A stretch of DNA of 64,000 nucleotides, from positions 160,001 to 224,000 of the forward strand of contig OZ244070.1 of NCBI GenBank assembly GCA_965215605.1. The letters run 5' to 3'. The notes under the pieces are model-generated. The model was given only the letters and a program-made list of their open reading frames with translations. It did not search any database and was not told the origin of the DNA. The stretch comes from an uncultured Candidatus Binatia bacterium (GTDB taxonomy: Bacteria > Desulfobacterota > Binatia > UBA9968 > JAJDTQ01). Numbering within the stretch: position 1 is the stretch's first letter; each line of letters starts with the position of its first letter. Below are positions 38,235 to 47,416 of this stretch, piece by piece. The translations under genes were made by a program, and so were the position numbers.

Positions 38235-38738
38235 CTATCCCTGATTCACGGCCGCCGCCGATCCCTTGACCAGCCAGCGCTCCCGCATCACCTTGTCCTG
38301 AATCCGCAACAAACCCTCGGTCAACGCCTCTGGCCGCGGCGGACAGCCGGGAACGTAGACGTCCACGGGCACGATCTTGTCGACCCCCTTGCATACCGAA
38401 TACGCCATCTGGAACAAGCCGCCGCAGTTGGAGCAGCTCCCCATGGAGATGACGTACTTGGGATCGGGCATCTGGTCGTAGAGCAACCGGGTACGCTTGG
38501 CCATCTTGTAGGTCAGTGTCCCGGCCACGATCATCAGGTCCGACTGGCGCGGCGTCGCCCGCGGCACGCAGCCGAAACGGTCCAGATCCGCCCGCGGCCC
38601 GCCGGTCTGCATGAGCTCGATGGCGCAACAGGCCAGTCCGAACAGCATATACCACTGGGACGATGCCCTGCCCCAGTTCAACAGATCGTCGACCCGGGTG
38701 GTGAAAACCGTCTCGGGCAGACTGTTGGTAATCGGCAT
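38235..38738 (-). CDS. nuoB: NADH-quinone oxidoreductase subunit B homolog (orphan)
   Basis: [21 protein letters not shown] and [16 protein letters not shown] motifs; AGGAGG RBS. Confidence 0.92.
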   Translation of the reverse strand: MPITNSLPETVFTTRVDDLLNWGRASSQWYMLFGLACCAIELMQTGGPRADLDRFGCVPRATPRQSDLMIVAGTLTYKMAKRTRLLYDQMPDPKYVISMGSCSNCGGLFQMAYSVCKGVDKIVPVDVYVPGCPPRPEALTEGLLRIQDKVMRERWLVKGSAAAVNQG

Positions 38739-38891
38739 CGAAACCTCCTGACTGAAACCGCCGCTGAATCGCGCTACGGGCGCCTGCAGCACACAAGACG
38801 CTAGTAAAGATAGACCACCGCGACGTGCCTTTCAAGTCCGCGCTCGGGGCCGCCATTGCAATATCCCGTGCGCTCCCCTAAGAGTGAAACC

Positions 38892-39785
38892 ATGCGCATC
38901 TGCACCCTGCTGCCGAGCGCGACGGAGATCGCCTTCGCCCTGGGCCTGGGCGACTCGGTGGTGGCCGTCAGCCATGAATGCGACTTCCCTCCCGGTGCCC
39001 GGGAGAAGCCCGTGGCGGTGCGCGGCCGGATCGACTCGGACAACCGCACCAGCCGCGAGATCGACACCCTGGTTCAGCAGCATTTGAGCCGCGGCGAAGG
39101 GCTCTACGGCCTGGACCTCGAACTGCTGCGCGGCCTCAACCCCGACCTCATCGTCACCCAGGGGCTGTGCGACGTCTGCGCCGTGGGCCACGACGACGTC
39201 ATGGCCGCCGCCGGCACGTTGAAGCCGCCGGCGAGGGTGCTGTCGCTGTCGCCGAGCTCCCTCGGAGAGGTATTGTCGGACATCACGCGGGTAGGGAACG
39301 CCACCGGGACTTCGGGACGGGCGGAAACCCTGGCCGGCGCGCTGCGGGAACGCGTGGGACGCGTCGCCGCCCGGGTTCCCCAGGACGGCCCCAGACCGCG
39401 GGTGGCCTGCCTCGAATGGCTGGATCCGCTGTACGCGGCCGGTCACTGGGTACCCGAAATGGTGGAGCTGGCGGGAGGCACGGACGTACTGGCCGCGAAA
39501 CACGAACCCTCGGCGCGGGTGTCCCTGGAAACGCTGGTGGAAGCGGCGCCGGAGGTCCTGGTGCTCATGCCCTGCGGTTTCGACGAGAGCCGGACCCTGA
39601 AGGAGTGGGAACCGCTCAAGGACCTTCCCGCCTGGCAGGACATTCCCGCGGTTGCCAGCGGCCGCGTCTTCGCCGTGGACGGCTCCAGGTTCTTCAACCG
39701 GCCCGGACCCCGATTGGTGGACGGGCTCGAGATCCTCGCCGAGTGCATCGGCACTGAGACAGCGCCGGATGCGGTCCGGCCGTAG
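38892..39785 (+). CDS. BtuF/TroA-like class III binding protein without a signal peptide
   Basis: RICTLLPSATEI, VSHECDFP, PDLIVTQ.LC.VCAV, EW.DP and RPGPRL motifs. Confidence 0.82.
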   Translation: MRICTLLPSATEIAFALGLGDSVVAVSHECDFPPGAREKPVAVRGRIDSDNRTSREIDTLVQQHLSRGEGLYGLDLELLRGLNPDLIVTQGLCDVCAVGHDDVMAAAGTLKPPARVLSLSPSSLGEVLSDITRVGNATGTSGRAETLAGALRERVGRVAARVPQDGPRPRVACLEWLDPLYAAGHWVPEMVELAGGTDVLAAKHEPSARVSLETLVEAAPEVLVLMPCGFDESRTLKEWEPLKDLPAWQDIPAVASGRVFAVDGSRFFNRPGPRLVDGLEILAECIGTETAPDAVRP

Positions 39786-39808
39786 CACCTGCCGCCCTCC
39801 CGGGAGCC

Positions 39809-40213
39809 ATGTTCGCACGACTCTTCCTGCTATTCACCGTCATCCCCCTGATCGAGCTCTATCTCCTCATCGAGGTGGGCTCGGTGATCGGCGGGTTGTA
39901 CACCATCCTGCTGGTGCTCGGCACGGGCGCGCTGGGGGCGTTCCTCGCCAAGCTGGAGGGTCTCCGGACCCTGGGCCAGATCCAGCGTAACCTCAACCAG
40001 GGCATCGTCCCGGCCGAGGAGATGCTGGACGGCGTGATCATCATGGCGGCGGGCCTGCTGCTGATCACGCCCGGGATACTCACGGACGCCTTCGGCTTCC
40101 TGATGCTCATTCCGGCCACGCGGAACGTGTTCAAGCGCTGGCTCAGGCGCCGCTTCGACCGCGCCACCGCGCGCGGCCGCATCTACACTCAAGGCGGGCC
40201 CGGTCATCTCTGA
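39809..40213 (+). CDS. fxsA: FxsA family membrane protein
   Basis: IPLIELYLLIEVG and LLLITPG.LTD.FG motifs. Confidence 0.9.
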   Translation: MFARLFLLFTVIPLIELYLLIEVGSVIGGLYTILLVLGTGALGAFLAKLEGLRTLGQIQRNLNQGIVPAEEMLDGVIIMAAGLLLITPGILTDAFGFLMLIPATRNVFKRWLRRRFDRATARGRIYTQGGPGHL

Positions 40214-41591
40214 CGCCCCCGACGCCGCCACCCCCAACGCTCCGTCCTCGGACAGCCGGGACCTTTGGCGGCTCACCGTCCCGGCCTCCCTGGCCATCGC
40301 CAGCGAGCCGGTGCTGAACATCGCGGACACGGCCATGATCGGCCACCTGGGGGTGGAGCCGCTGGCCGCCAAGGCCATCGCCACGAGCCTCATCGGCGCG
40401 GTGATCTGGATCTTCGCGTTCCTGATCTTCGGCACCACCAGCTTGGTGGCCAGCCAATACGGCTCGCGCAACTACCTGGCCTGCGGCGAGATCTTCCGCC
40501 ACGCCCTGGTGCTTGCGGTGGGCGGCGGAGTGCTGGTGGCCTCCCTCTGTTTCCTGTCCGCCCCCGGACTGTACGCCCTCATGGGGGCGACACCCGAAGT
40601 GGCGGCCGAGGGCGTCCCCTATTTCCGCATCCGTTGCGCCACCATTCCGATGCTGTTCTCCATCTATGCGGCGGTGGGCTTCCTGCGCGGCATACAGAAC
40701 ACCTTCTCCCCCATGCTGGTGGCGTTCCTGATGAGCGGCACGAACATCGTGCTGGACTACGCGCTGATCTACGGCGGGCTCGGGTTTCCGGCCTTGGGCC
40801 TGCGCGGCGCGGCGGTGGCCGCGGTGGCGGCCCACGCCCTGGGCGCCGCCCTGTACCTGCGGCTGCTGTTCTTCTCCGAATACGCGGACCTGTACCAACT
40901 GAAGAGCCGGCAACTACGCTTGGGCCGGTTCCGCGACATATCGAGGATCGCGGGACACCTGGCCGTGCGCACGGCCGGACTCCGGCTCTCGCTGGTGTTC
41001 GCCACCGCCGTGGTGGCGCGCATGGGGCCGGTGTATCTGGCGGCCTACGAGATCGTGTTCCAGCTCTTCATCTTCTGCTCCGACACCGTCGACGGGCTGG
41101 CGGTGGCCGGACAGACCCTGGTGGCGCGGCACCTGGGCGGCGGCGACGTCCGCCGGGCGCGGCGCCTGGGCCGGATGCTGGTGATATGGGGCTGCGCCGG
41201 CGGCGCGGTTTTCGGCGCGGCCTACCTGCTGTTCCAGGAACCGCTGCTTGCGCTCTTCACCTCTTCGGCGGTGGTGGCGGAGCTGGCCCGAAGCGAGGCC
41301 TTCCTGCTGCTCATCGTCTTCCAGCCCTTGAACGGTATCGTTTTCGCCCTGGACGGTTTCATCCTGGGCGCCCACGACACCCGCTTTCTCATGTGGGCCA
41401 TGCTGGCGGGCGGACTCTTGCTGTTCGTCCCCCTGACGGGCCTTTCCTTCTACCTGGGGCTGGGGCTCTTCGGAGTCTGGGCCGGGTTCAGCCTGTTCAT
41501 GCTTCACCGGCTCGCGGCCAACCTGTGGCGTCTGTGGAGCGGACGGTGGGAAGGCGCCTTCGCCGCGTACCACGCGCCCCGAGGGGGTTGA
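40206..41591 (+). CDS. MATE family efflux transporter (DinF-like)
   Basis: EP.LNIADTAMIGHLG, GFLRG, NIVLD and GAA.A motifs; the open frame extends about 35 codons upstream of GTG 40311, so the true start is uncertain. Confidence 0.88.
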   Translation: MSDAPDAATPNAPSSDSRDLWRLTVPASLAIASEPVLNIADTAMIGHLGVEPLAAKAIATSLIGAVIWIFAFLIFGTTSLVASQYGSRNYLACGEIFRHALVLAVGGGVLVASLCFLSAPGLYALMGATPEVAAEGVPYFRIRCATIPMLFSIYAAVGFLRGIQNTFSPMLVAFLMSGTNIVLDYALIYGGLGFPALGLRGAAVAAVAAHALGAALYLRLLFFSEYADLYQLKSRQLRLGRFRDISRIAGHLAVRTAGLRLSLVFATAVVARMGPVYLAAYEIVFQLFIFCSDTVDGLAVAGQTLVARHLGGGDVRRARRLGRMLVIWGCAGGAVFGAAYLLFQEPLLALFTSSAVVAELARSEAFLLLIVFQPLNGIVFALDGFILGAHDTRFLMWAMLAGGLLLFVPLTGLSFYLGLGLFGVWAGFSLFMLHRLAANLWRLWSGRWEGAFAAYHAPRGG

Positions 41592-41723
41592 GGGACGGCG
41601 CTCTCCCTTGCTTTTCCGCCCGGGCCGGGATATGGATCGGCTGGCTGGAACGCGGGCTCCGCGTCGGATACCGCGCTGGCATCACCCCGCACGGGAACCG
41701 CACACAAGGAGGAACGTATCACC

Positions 41724-42452
41724 ATGGCGGAAGTCGCAATCGTAACCGGAGGAGCCGGCGGTCTGGGATCGTCGGTCTGCACCGCGCTGGCTGAAGACGG
41801 GCTCAAGGTCGTGGTCGCCGATTACAACGGAGAGGGAGCGCAGGCGCTGGCCGCCAAGCTCAAATCCGAAGGCCGGGAGGCGCTGGGCGTGGGCGTGGAC
41901 GTGGGCGACAAGCAGAGCGTCGAGGCCATGATTCAAAGCGCCGTGGACACCTACGGGCAGGTTGACTGCCAGATCAACTTCGCGGGCCTCATGGGCCGCT
42001 TCTCCATCGCGGACATGACCGAAGAGGAGTGGGACAGAGTCATACGCGTGAACCTGCGGGGCGTCTTCCTGTGCAGCCAGGCCGCCGCCGCGGCCATGCG
42101 GCCGCGCAAGCAGGGGCGTATCCTCAACGTCGCCTCGGGCCGAGGGGTCGCCGGGGCGCCCTACTCCGCGCACTACTCCGCCTCCAAGGCCGGGGTCATC
42201 GCCTTCACCAAGTCCATGGCCGTGGAGGTGGCGTCGGACAACATCCTGGTGAACAACATCTGCCCCGGACGCACGGAGACGCCCATGGCCCGGGCCGGCT
42301 ACACCGAAGAGCAGTGGGCGGCCATCAAGGCGGTGGATCCGTTGCAGGGCGGCCTCACCCAGAAGGACGAGATCACCGGCCTGGTGCGCTATCTCGTGTC
42401 GGATGCGGCGCGTTATATCACCGGGCAGACGTTCCTGTTGCGGACGCCGTGA
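41724..42452 (+). CDS. SDR oxidoreductase (paralog 1)
   Basis: TGGAGGLG, VNL.G, NVAS and YSASK motifs. Confidence 0.92.
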   Translation: MAEVAIVTGGAGGLGSSVCTALAEDGLKVVVADYNGEGAQALAAKLKSEGREALGVGVDVGDKQSVEAMIQSAVDTYGQVDCQINFAGLMGRFSIADMTEEEWDRVIRVNLRGVFLCSQAAAAAMRPRKQGRILNVASGRGVAGAPYSAHYSASKAGVIAFTKSMAVEVASDNILVNNICPGRTETPMARAGYTEEQWAAIKAVDPLQGGLTQKDEITGLVRYLVSDAARYITGQTFLLRTP

Positions 42453-42500
42453 CGGGAACGCGCAAGAGGAATTCTCATTCACTGAGCCTTGGGAGGTGAC

Positions 42501-43229
42501 ATGTCACAGGTCGTGGTGGTAACCGGCGGCGCCGGGGGCATCGGATCGTCCATATGCCGGGCGCTGGCCCAGGACGGCCACAGCGTGGTGGTGGCCGATT
42601 TCAACGGAGAGGGGGCGCAGGCCATCGTTACGGAAATCGGCAACGAGGGCGGCGAGGCCTTGGCCGTGGCAGTGGACGTCGGCGACAAGGCCAGCGTCGA
42701 CGGCATGGTCAAGGCGGCCATCGACAAGTACGGCCACATCGACGTGCAGCTCAACGCCGCGGGAGTCATCAAGCGCTGCCCGGTGCTGGAGATGCCGGCG
42801 GAGGAATGGGAGCGGGTGATCCGGATCAATCTGACCGGACTCTTCCTTTGCTCGCAGGCCGCGGCCAGGCACATGGCCGAGCGCAAGTCCGGCCGGATCA
42901 TCAACGTCGCCTCGGGCCGGGGCGTCACGGGGCAGCGGCTGGGTTCCCACTACGCCGCGTCCAAGGGTGGCGTCATCACCTTCACCAAGACCCTGGCCAT
43001 GGAGCTGGCGACCTACAACGTCACCGCCAACGCCATCGGACCCGGCGCCACCGAAACCGACATGGCCAGGGCGGGCATGTCAGAAGAACAATGGACCCTG
43101 AAACAGTCCACCTCTCCGCTCATGGGTGGATTTACGCAGAAGGACGAGATCACCGGACTGGTCCGCTATCTGATATCCGACGCCGCGCGCTATATCTCGG
43201 GCCAGCTCTTTCTCTTGCGCACGGCGTAA
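42501..43229 (+). CDS. SDR oxidoreductase (paralog 2)
   Basis: TGGAGGIG, NVAS and YAASK motifs; GGAGG RBS. Confidence 0.92.
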   Translation: MSQVVVVTGGAGGIGSSICRALAQDGHSVVVADFNGEGAQAIVTEIGNEGGEALAVAVDVGDKASVDGMVKAAIDKYGHIDVQLNAAGVIKRCPVLEMPAEEWERVIRINLTGLFLCSQAAARHMAERKSGRIINVASGRGVTGQRLGSHYAASKGGVITFTKTLAMELATYNVTANAIGPGATETDMARAGMSEEQWTLKQSTSPLMGGFTQKDEITGLVRYLISDAARYISGQLFLLRTA

Positions 43230-43285
43230 CGCCGGAGTCCCTGGCCGGGACGGCAACTCGCGCATAGCACCGAAGACCGGAAGCC

Positions 43286-44965
43286 ATGTACACCGAGAAC
43301 GCCATGAAGGCCGTCTACACCGTCCTGATGGTGGTGATCGGCTTCGTCATTCTCGTTCCCGTGCTGGCGCTGGTCTTCGGCAGCTTCTGGTCGTCCTCGC
43401 CGGTGGCCGCGGGCCACGTCACCCTGGACAACTGGGTCCGGGCCCTCAACATCAGCATCCCTGCGGACATCCCCACGCTGGTCTTCAACTCGCTGGTGTT
43501 CGCCTTCATGACGGCCGCCATCTCGGTGGTCCTGGGCGTCACCATGGCGTTTCTGGTGGTGCGCACCGACATGCCCTACGGCAACGTCTTCGCGAAGCTG
43601 GGGATCGTGCCCCGGGCCTTTCCGGTGATCATCGCCGCGTTGGCCTGGATCCTGCTCCTGAGCCCGCGCATCGGCGTCCTCAACGTCCTGTTCCGGGAGC
43701 TCTTCGGCACCAACCTGTTCAACATCTACTCGTTCCCGGGGATGATCTTCATCATGGTGCTCTACGAGTCACCGATCGTGTTCCTCATCGCGCTGAACGC
43801 TTTCCGGCTCATGGACCCGTCGCTGGAAGAGCAGTCCATCGCCTGCGGCAACACGGTCATGGGGACGCTGCGCCGGGTGACCTTGCCGGTGCTGCGCCCG
43901 CTGATCCTTTCGTCGTTCCTGCTGGTCTTCGTCATCGGGCTGATCACCCTGGAGGTGCCGATCCTCATCGGCGCGCCCGGCGGCATCTTCGTCTTCACCT
44001 CCGCCATCTTCAACATCATCGCATCGGACTACCAGTCGCTGATCTACTACAACACCGCCGCGGCGCTGGCCATGATGGTGATCCCACTGAGCCTGATCTC
44101 GCTGTTCCTCTACCGCCACATGGTGCGGCGGGCCGAGAGCTTCGTCACCGTCACCGGCAAGGCCCGGCCGGAGAACGTCCACCACATGGGCCGGTGGCGC
44201 TATGTGGCCTTCGTGGGCGCCTCGCTGTACTTCGGCGTGGTGATCGTGCTTCCGGCCGTGGTGATCGTGCTGCTGTCGTTCTCCCAGTTCGTGGCCACTC
44301 CCAGCCTGAGCGTGCTGACGCAACTCACCCTCAACCACTGGAATGCCGCCCTGAACGACGCGGTTTTCTGGCGCGCGCTGGGCAATACGCTGCTTCTGTG
44401 CTTCGCCGCCGCCACCGCCACCGTCACCATCGCACTCGGGGTGGGCTACCTGCTGGTACGCAGCGGCGTCAAGCTCAAGGGACCCATCGAGGCCGCCACC
44501 ATGCTGCCGCTGGCCTTCCCGGGCACCATCCTGGCCGTGGGCTTCGTCTGGGCCTACATCCGGACGCCGGTATACGGCACCCTGTGGATCCTGCTGCTCT
44601 ACTTCATCGGCAACTACCTGCCGTTCGCTCTGCGGACCCTGAGCCCGTTCCTGTTCCAGTTCCACAAGGAGTTCGAGGAAGCTTCGTGGACTTCCGGCGC
44701 CAGCGCGCTGGGCACGATCACGCGCATCGTCATCCCGTTCCTCCGGAGCGGGCTGTTCTCCGTGTGGGTCCTGCTGTTCCAGATCTACCTGCGCGAATTC
44801 GCCGGCGCCGTCATCCTGTTCACCTACGGCAACGAGGTACTCTCCACCCTGCTCTTCCAGCGCGCCTTCGACGAGGGCCAGTTCGGCATCGGCGCCGTCA
44901 TCGGCGTGCTGATGCTGTTGATGTCGCTGGGGCTGCACCTGCTGGTGTCGCGGCGGGAGGCGTAG
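43286..44965 (+). CDS. FbpB-like ABC permease (two fused TM domains)
   Basis: RTDMP, DPSLEEQS...G and EFEEAS..SGA EAA loops, VTGK linker. Confidence 0.88.
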   Translation: MYTENAMKAVYTVLMVVIGFVILVPVLALVFGSFWSSSPVAAGHVTLDNWVRALNISIPADIPTLVFNSLVFAFMTAAISVVLGVTMAFLVVRTDMPYGNVFAKLGIVPRAFPVIIAALAWILLLSPRIGVLNVLFRELFGTNLFNIYSFPGMIFIMVLYESPIVFLIALNAFRLMDPSLEEQSIACGNTVMGTLRRVTLPVLRPLILSSFLLVFVIGLITLEVPILIGAPGGIFVFTSAIFNIIASDYQSLIYYNTAAALAMMVIPLSLISLFLYRHMVRRAESFVTVTGKARPENVHHMGRWRYVAFVGASLYFGVVIVLPAVVIVLLSFSQFVATPSLSVLTQLTLNHWNAALNDAVFWRALGNTLLLCFAAATATVTIALGVGYLLVRSGVKLKGPIEAATMLPLAFPGTILAVGFVWAYIRTPVYGTLWILLLYFIGNYLPFALRTLSPFLFQFHKEFEEASWTSGASALGTITRIVIPFLRSGLFSVWVLLFQIYLREFAGAVILFTYGNEVLSTLLFQRAFDEGQFGIGAVIGVLMLLMSLGLHLLVSRREA

Positions 44966-45025
44966 CCGGCTCCTTTGCCGACCCCTATCCACGGCCGGAG
45001 GGTCGTGGGCATTTTCTGGTTGACT

Positions 45026-45071
45026 CTAAAATACTCATGAGTATTTTAGGGTATGGTAGAAAATACTCATG
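45026..45071. promoter_or_regulatory. Perfect 24-bp palindrome plus a third half-site (operator-like)
   Basis: CTAAAATACTCATGAGTATTTTAG at 45026-45049; AAAATACTCATG repeated at 45060-45071; TTGACT at 45020-45025. Confidence 0.75.
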
Positions 45072-46234
45072 GACGCGCCAGCACAGCCAACAGGATGGAG
45101 CAGCGCTACATCAAGGACAGCATCGAAGCGGATCTCTCGGACCGGATGGTCTTCGTCGGCGGACCACGCCAAGTCGGCAAGACGACGCTGGCATTGTCTC
45201 TGCTGGAGGGGCAGCAAGACGAGTCATCGCCAGCCTATCTGAATTGGGACGTGCTGGCAGACCGCGAGAACGTCATGGCGGAACGGTTGCCCTCGGGCCA
45301 GCCGCGCGTCATTTTCGACGAGATCCACAAGTACGCGAATTGGCGGAATCTGATGAAGGGCCTGTACGACAAGAACAGGAGTTCCATCTCCTTCATTGTC
45401 ACCGGCTCGGCTCGGCTCGACTACTACCGCAAGGGCGGCGATTCCCTGCAGGGGCGGTACCACTACTATCGGCTGCATCCGTTCACGGCCGCGGAACACG
45501 ACAAGGAGCCCAACCAAGGCCTCGTGGAACAGCTACTCCGATTCGGAGGGTTCCCCGAACCCTTTCTCAGGGGCGATGTGCGTTTTCATCGACGGTGGCT
45601 TCGCGAGCACTCCACAAGAGTCCTCTATGAGGACCTCCGCGACCTGGAGAACGTGCGGGAGATTTCCGCGCTGGAGCTGCTTCTGTCGCATCTCCCGGCG
45701 TGCGTGGGGTCCCCGCTTTCAGTGAACAGCCTCAGCCGACTGTTACAGGTGAACCACGCATCCATCGAGCGCTGGCTGGGGATATTCGAGCGGCTTTACC
45801 TCTGTTACCGCATTCCGCCGTTCGGAGCCGGTAGAATCCGCGCCGTCCGCAAGGAAAGGAAACTGTATTTCTGGGATTGGTCGCGCGTCGAGGACCGAGG
45901 CGCCCGCTTCGAGAACATGGTGGCCGGCCACCTGTTGAAGTACTGCCACTACGTCGAGGACACCGAAGGCCACGACATGGAACTGCGCTTCATCCGGGAT
46001 ACCGACAAACGCGAGGTGGACTTCGTCGTTCTGCGCGACGGCGCCGCGGAGTTTGCCGTCGAGTGCAAGAGCGGCGACCGCCGCGCGGCTCCCGCCTGCG
46101 GCTACTTCAGGGAGCGGACGGATATCCCGCGTTTCTACCAAGTGCACCTCGGCACCAGGGAGTTCGGCAGTGCCGAAACCAACACACGCGTCCTGCCCTT
46201 CTGGAAGTTCTGCCGTGAGGTGGCCGTGCCTTGA
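45053..46234 (+). CDS. AAA_14 ATPase with DUF4143 C-terminal (PD-(D/E)xK-like) domain
   Basis: GPRQVGKTT, FDEIHK, VTGSA, SLQGR, GGFPE, KLYFWD and EVDFV...AVECK; start may be 45095. Confidence 0.9.
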   Translation: MVENTHGRASTANRMEQRYIKDSIEADLSDRMVFVGGPRQVGKTTLALSLLEGQQDESSPAYLNWDVLADRENVMAERLPSGQPRVIFDEIHKYANWRNLMKGLYDKNRSSISFIVTGSARLDYYRKGGDSLQGRYHYYRLHPFTAAEHDKEPNQGLVEQLLRFGGFPEPFLRGDVRFHRRWLREHSTRVLYEDLRDLENVREISALELLLSHLPACVGSPLSVNSLSRLLQVNHASIERWLGIFERLYLCYRIPPFGAGRIRAVRKERKLYFWDWSRVEDRGARFENMVAGHLLKYCHYVEDTEGHDMELRFIRDTDKREVDFVVLRDGAAEFAVECKSGDRRAAPACGYFRERTDIPRFYQVHLGTREFGSAETNTRVLPFWKFCREVAVP

Positions 46235-46279
46235 ACCCAGGCGGCGATTCTCCATCATGCCTGCCAATGCAGACGATGG

Positions 46280-47380
46280 TCACACCCGCGCCGCCACCCA
46301 GTCGTGCATGAACGGGAAGATCTCGGCGTGGTTGTCGTAGGAGCAGTGGACGGCGCCGGGCTCGCCGGCGCGGAGGAAGCGCAGCTCCTTTTCGCACTTG
46401 GCTTCGTCGTAGGTCTGGTGCGCGCAGCGGGGGTCGGTAATGATGTCGTCCTCGCCGTGGAGGATGAGGAGCGGGCACTCGACCTTATCGATGCTGCCGG
46501 CGAGGGTGAACTGGCCCAGGCGGTGGCGGACCTCGTCTTCGGTGCTCGATCCGGTGATCCAGCGGAACTGTCCTCTCAGGGGCTCGTAGAACTGGTAGAT
46601 GTCACGGTAGCAGTCGTAGGGACCGAAATGGGAAACGCAGCACTTGACGCGCTTCTCGTATGCGGCGGCGCGGGTGACGTAGTAGCCGCCCATGCTCATG
46701 CCCATGAGGGCGACCCGGTTCATGTCGACGTCGCCGCGGTTTTCCAGGTAGTCCACCATGGCCGTGATCGGCCGTTCGAAGTCGGGGATCGCCAGGCTGT
46801 TGCGCAGCCTTAGCATCCCGCCGCGGCCGGGGCCGTCGACGATCAGGAGAGCGAGGCCCCGCTTGGCTGCTTCTGGCCCGCCGACGAAGTAGACCTCCTC
46901 GGCGGTGGAGTCGGCGCCGCCGGTGAAGATCAGCACCGGCGGCTTCGCGCCGGCGCCCTCCGGGGCGTGAAAGAAGTAGCCGGGCATGGAGGTGTCCTCG
47001 TAGGGTACCTCGACGCGCTCGATGCCGGGCGACAGCTCCGCGGCGGCCTGGAAGCTCCCGGCGGACTTGCGATAGGTAGGAACCTTCCGGTCGTCGGTGA
47101 ACGGAAGGAGGAATTCAGCGACCCGGTAGTAGTTGGCGGCCCGGAAGAACGCCTTGCGCGCGCTCTCGGGACGGCCGCCGGCCTGTTGCGCTTGACCGTG
47201 GGCGGCGACCCGCTCGGCGGTTTCACGCCACTCGGCGTGCCAGCTTTCGGTGTCGCCCGGCTTGATTCGCTGGACCGTGCGGTGGATCTCGTTGAACTCG
47301 CCGCCGCCGTAGTAGCTCTCGGCCAGCAGCCGGACGCACGCGAAGGACCAGCTTCGGTTCCCCGGGAAGAATTCGAACAT
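46280..47380 (-). CDS. Alpha/beta hydrolase (FrsA / 2,6-dihydroxypseudooxynicotine hydrolase-like)
   Basis: RAANYYR.AEF, GGADST.EE, DGPG.G, GMSMGG and HGEDD motifs plus a C-terminal HC. Confidence 0.85.
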   Translation of the reverse strand: MFEFFPGNRSWSFACVRLLAESYYGGGEFNEIHRTVQRIKPGDTESWHAEWRETAERVAAHGQAQQAGGRPESARKAFFRAANYYRVAEFLLPFTDDRKVPTYRKSAGSFQAAAELSPGIERVEVPYEDTSMPGYFFHAPEGAGAKPPVLIFTGGADSTAEEVYFVGGPEAAKRGLALLIVDGPGRGGMLRLRNSLAIPDFERPITAMVDYLENRGDVDMNRVALMGMSMGGYYVTRAAAYEKRVKCCVSHFGPYDCYRDIYQFYEPLRGQFRWITGSSTEDEVRHRLGQFTLAGSIDKVECPLLILHGEDDIITDPRCAHQTYDEAKCEKELRFLRAGEPGAVHCSYDNHAEIFPFMHDWVAARV

Positions 47381-47416
47381 GGCCCTTCGCGTCGTTCCAG
47401 CGCCCGCGTCTTCAGG

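Noticed and set aside
38740-38891. Cobalamin riboswitch upstream of the BtuF-like gene
   Set aside because: Short divergent intergenic region with no recognisable B12-box
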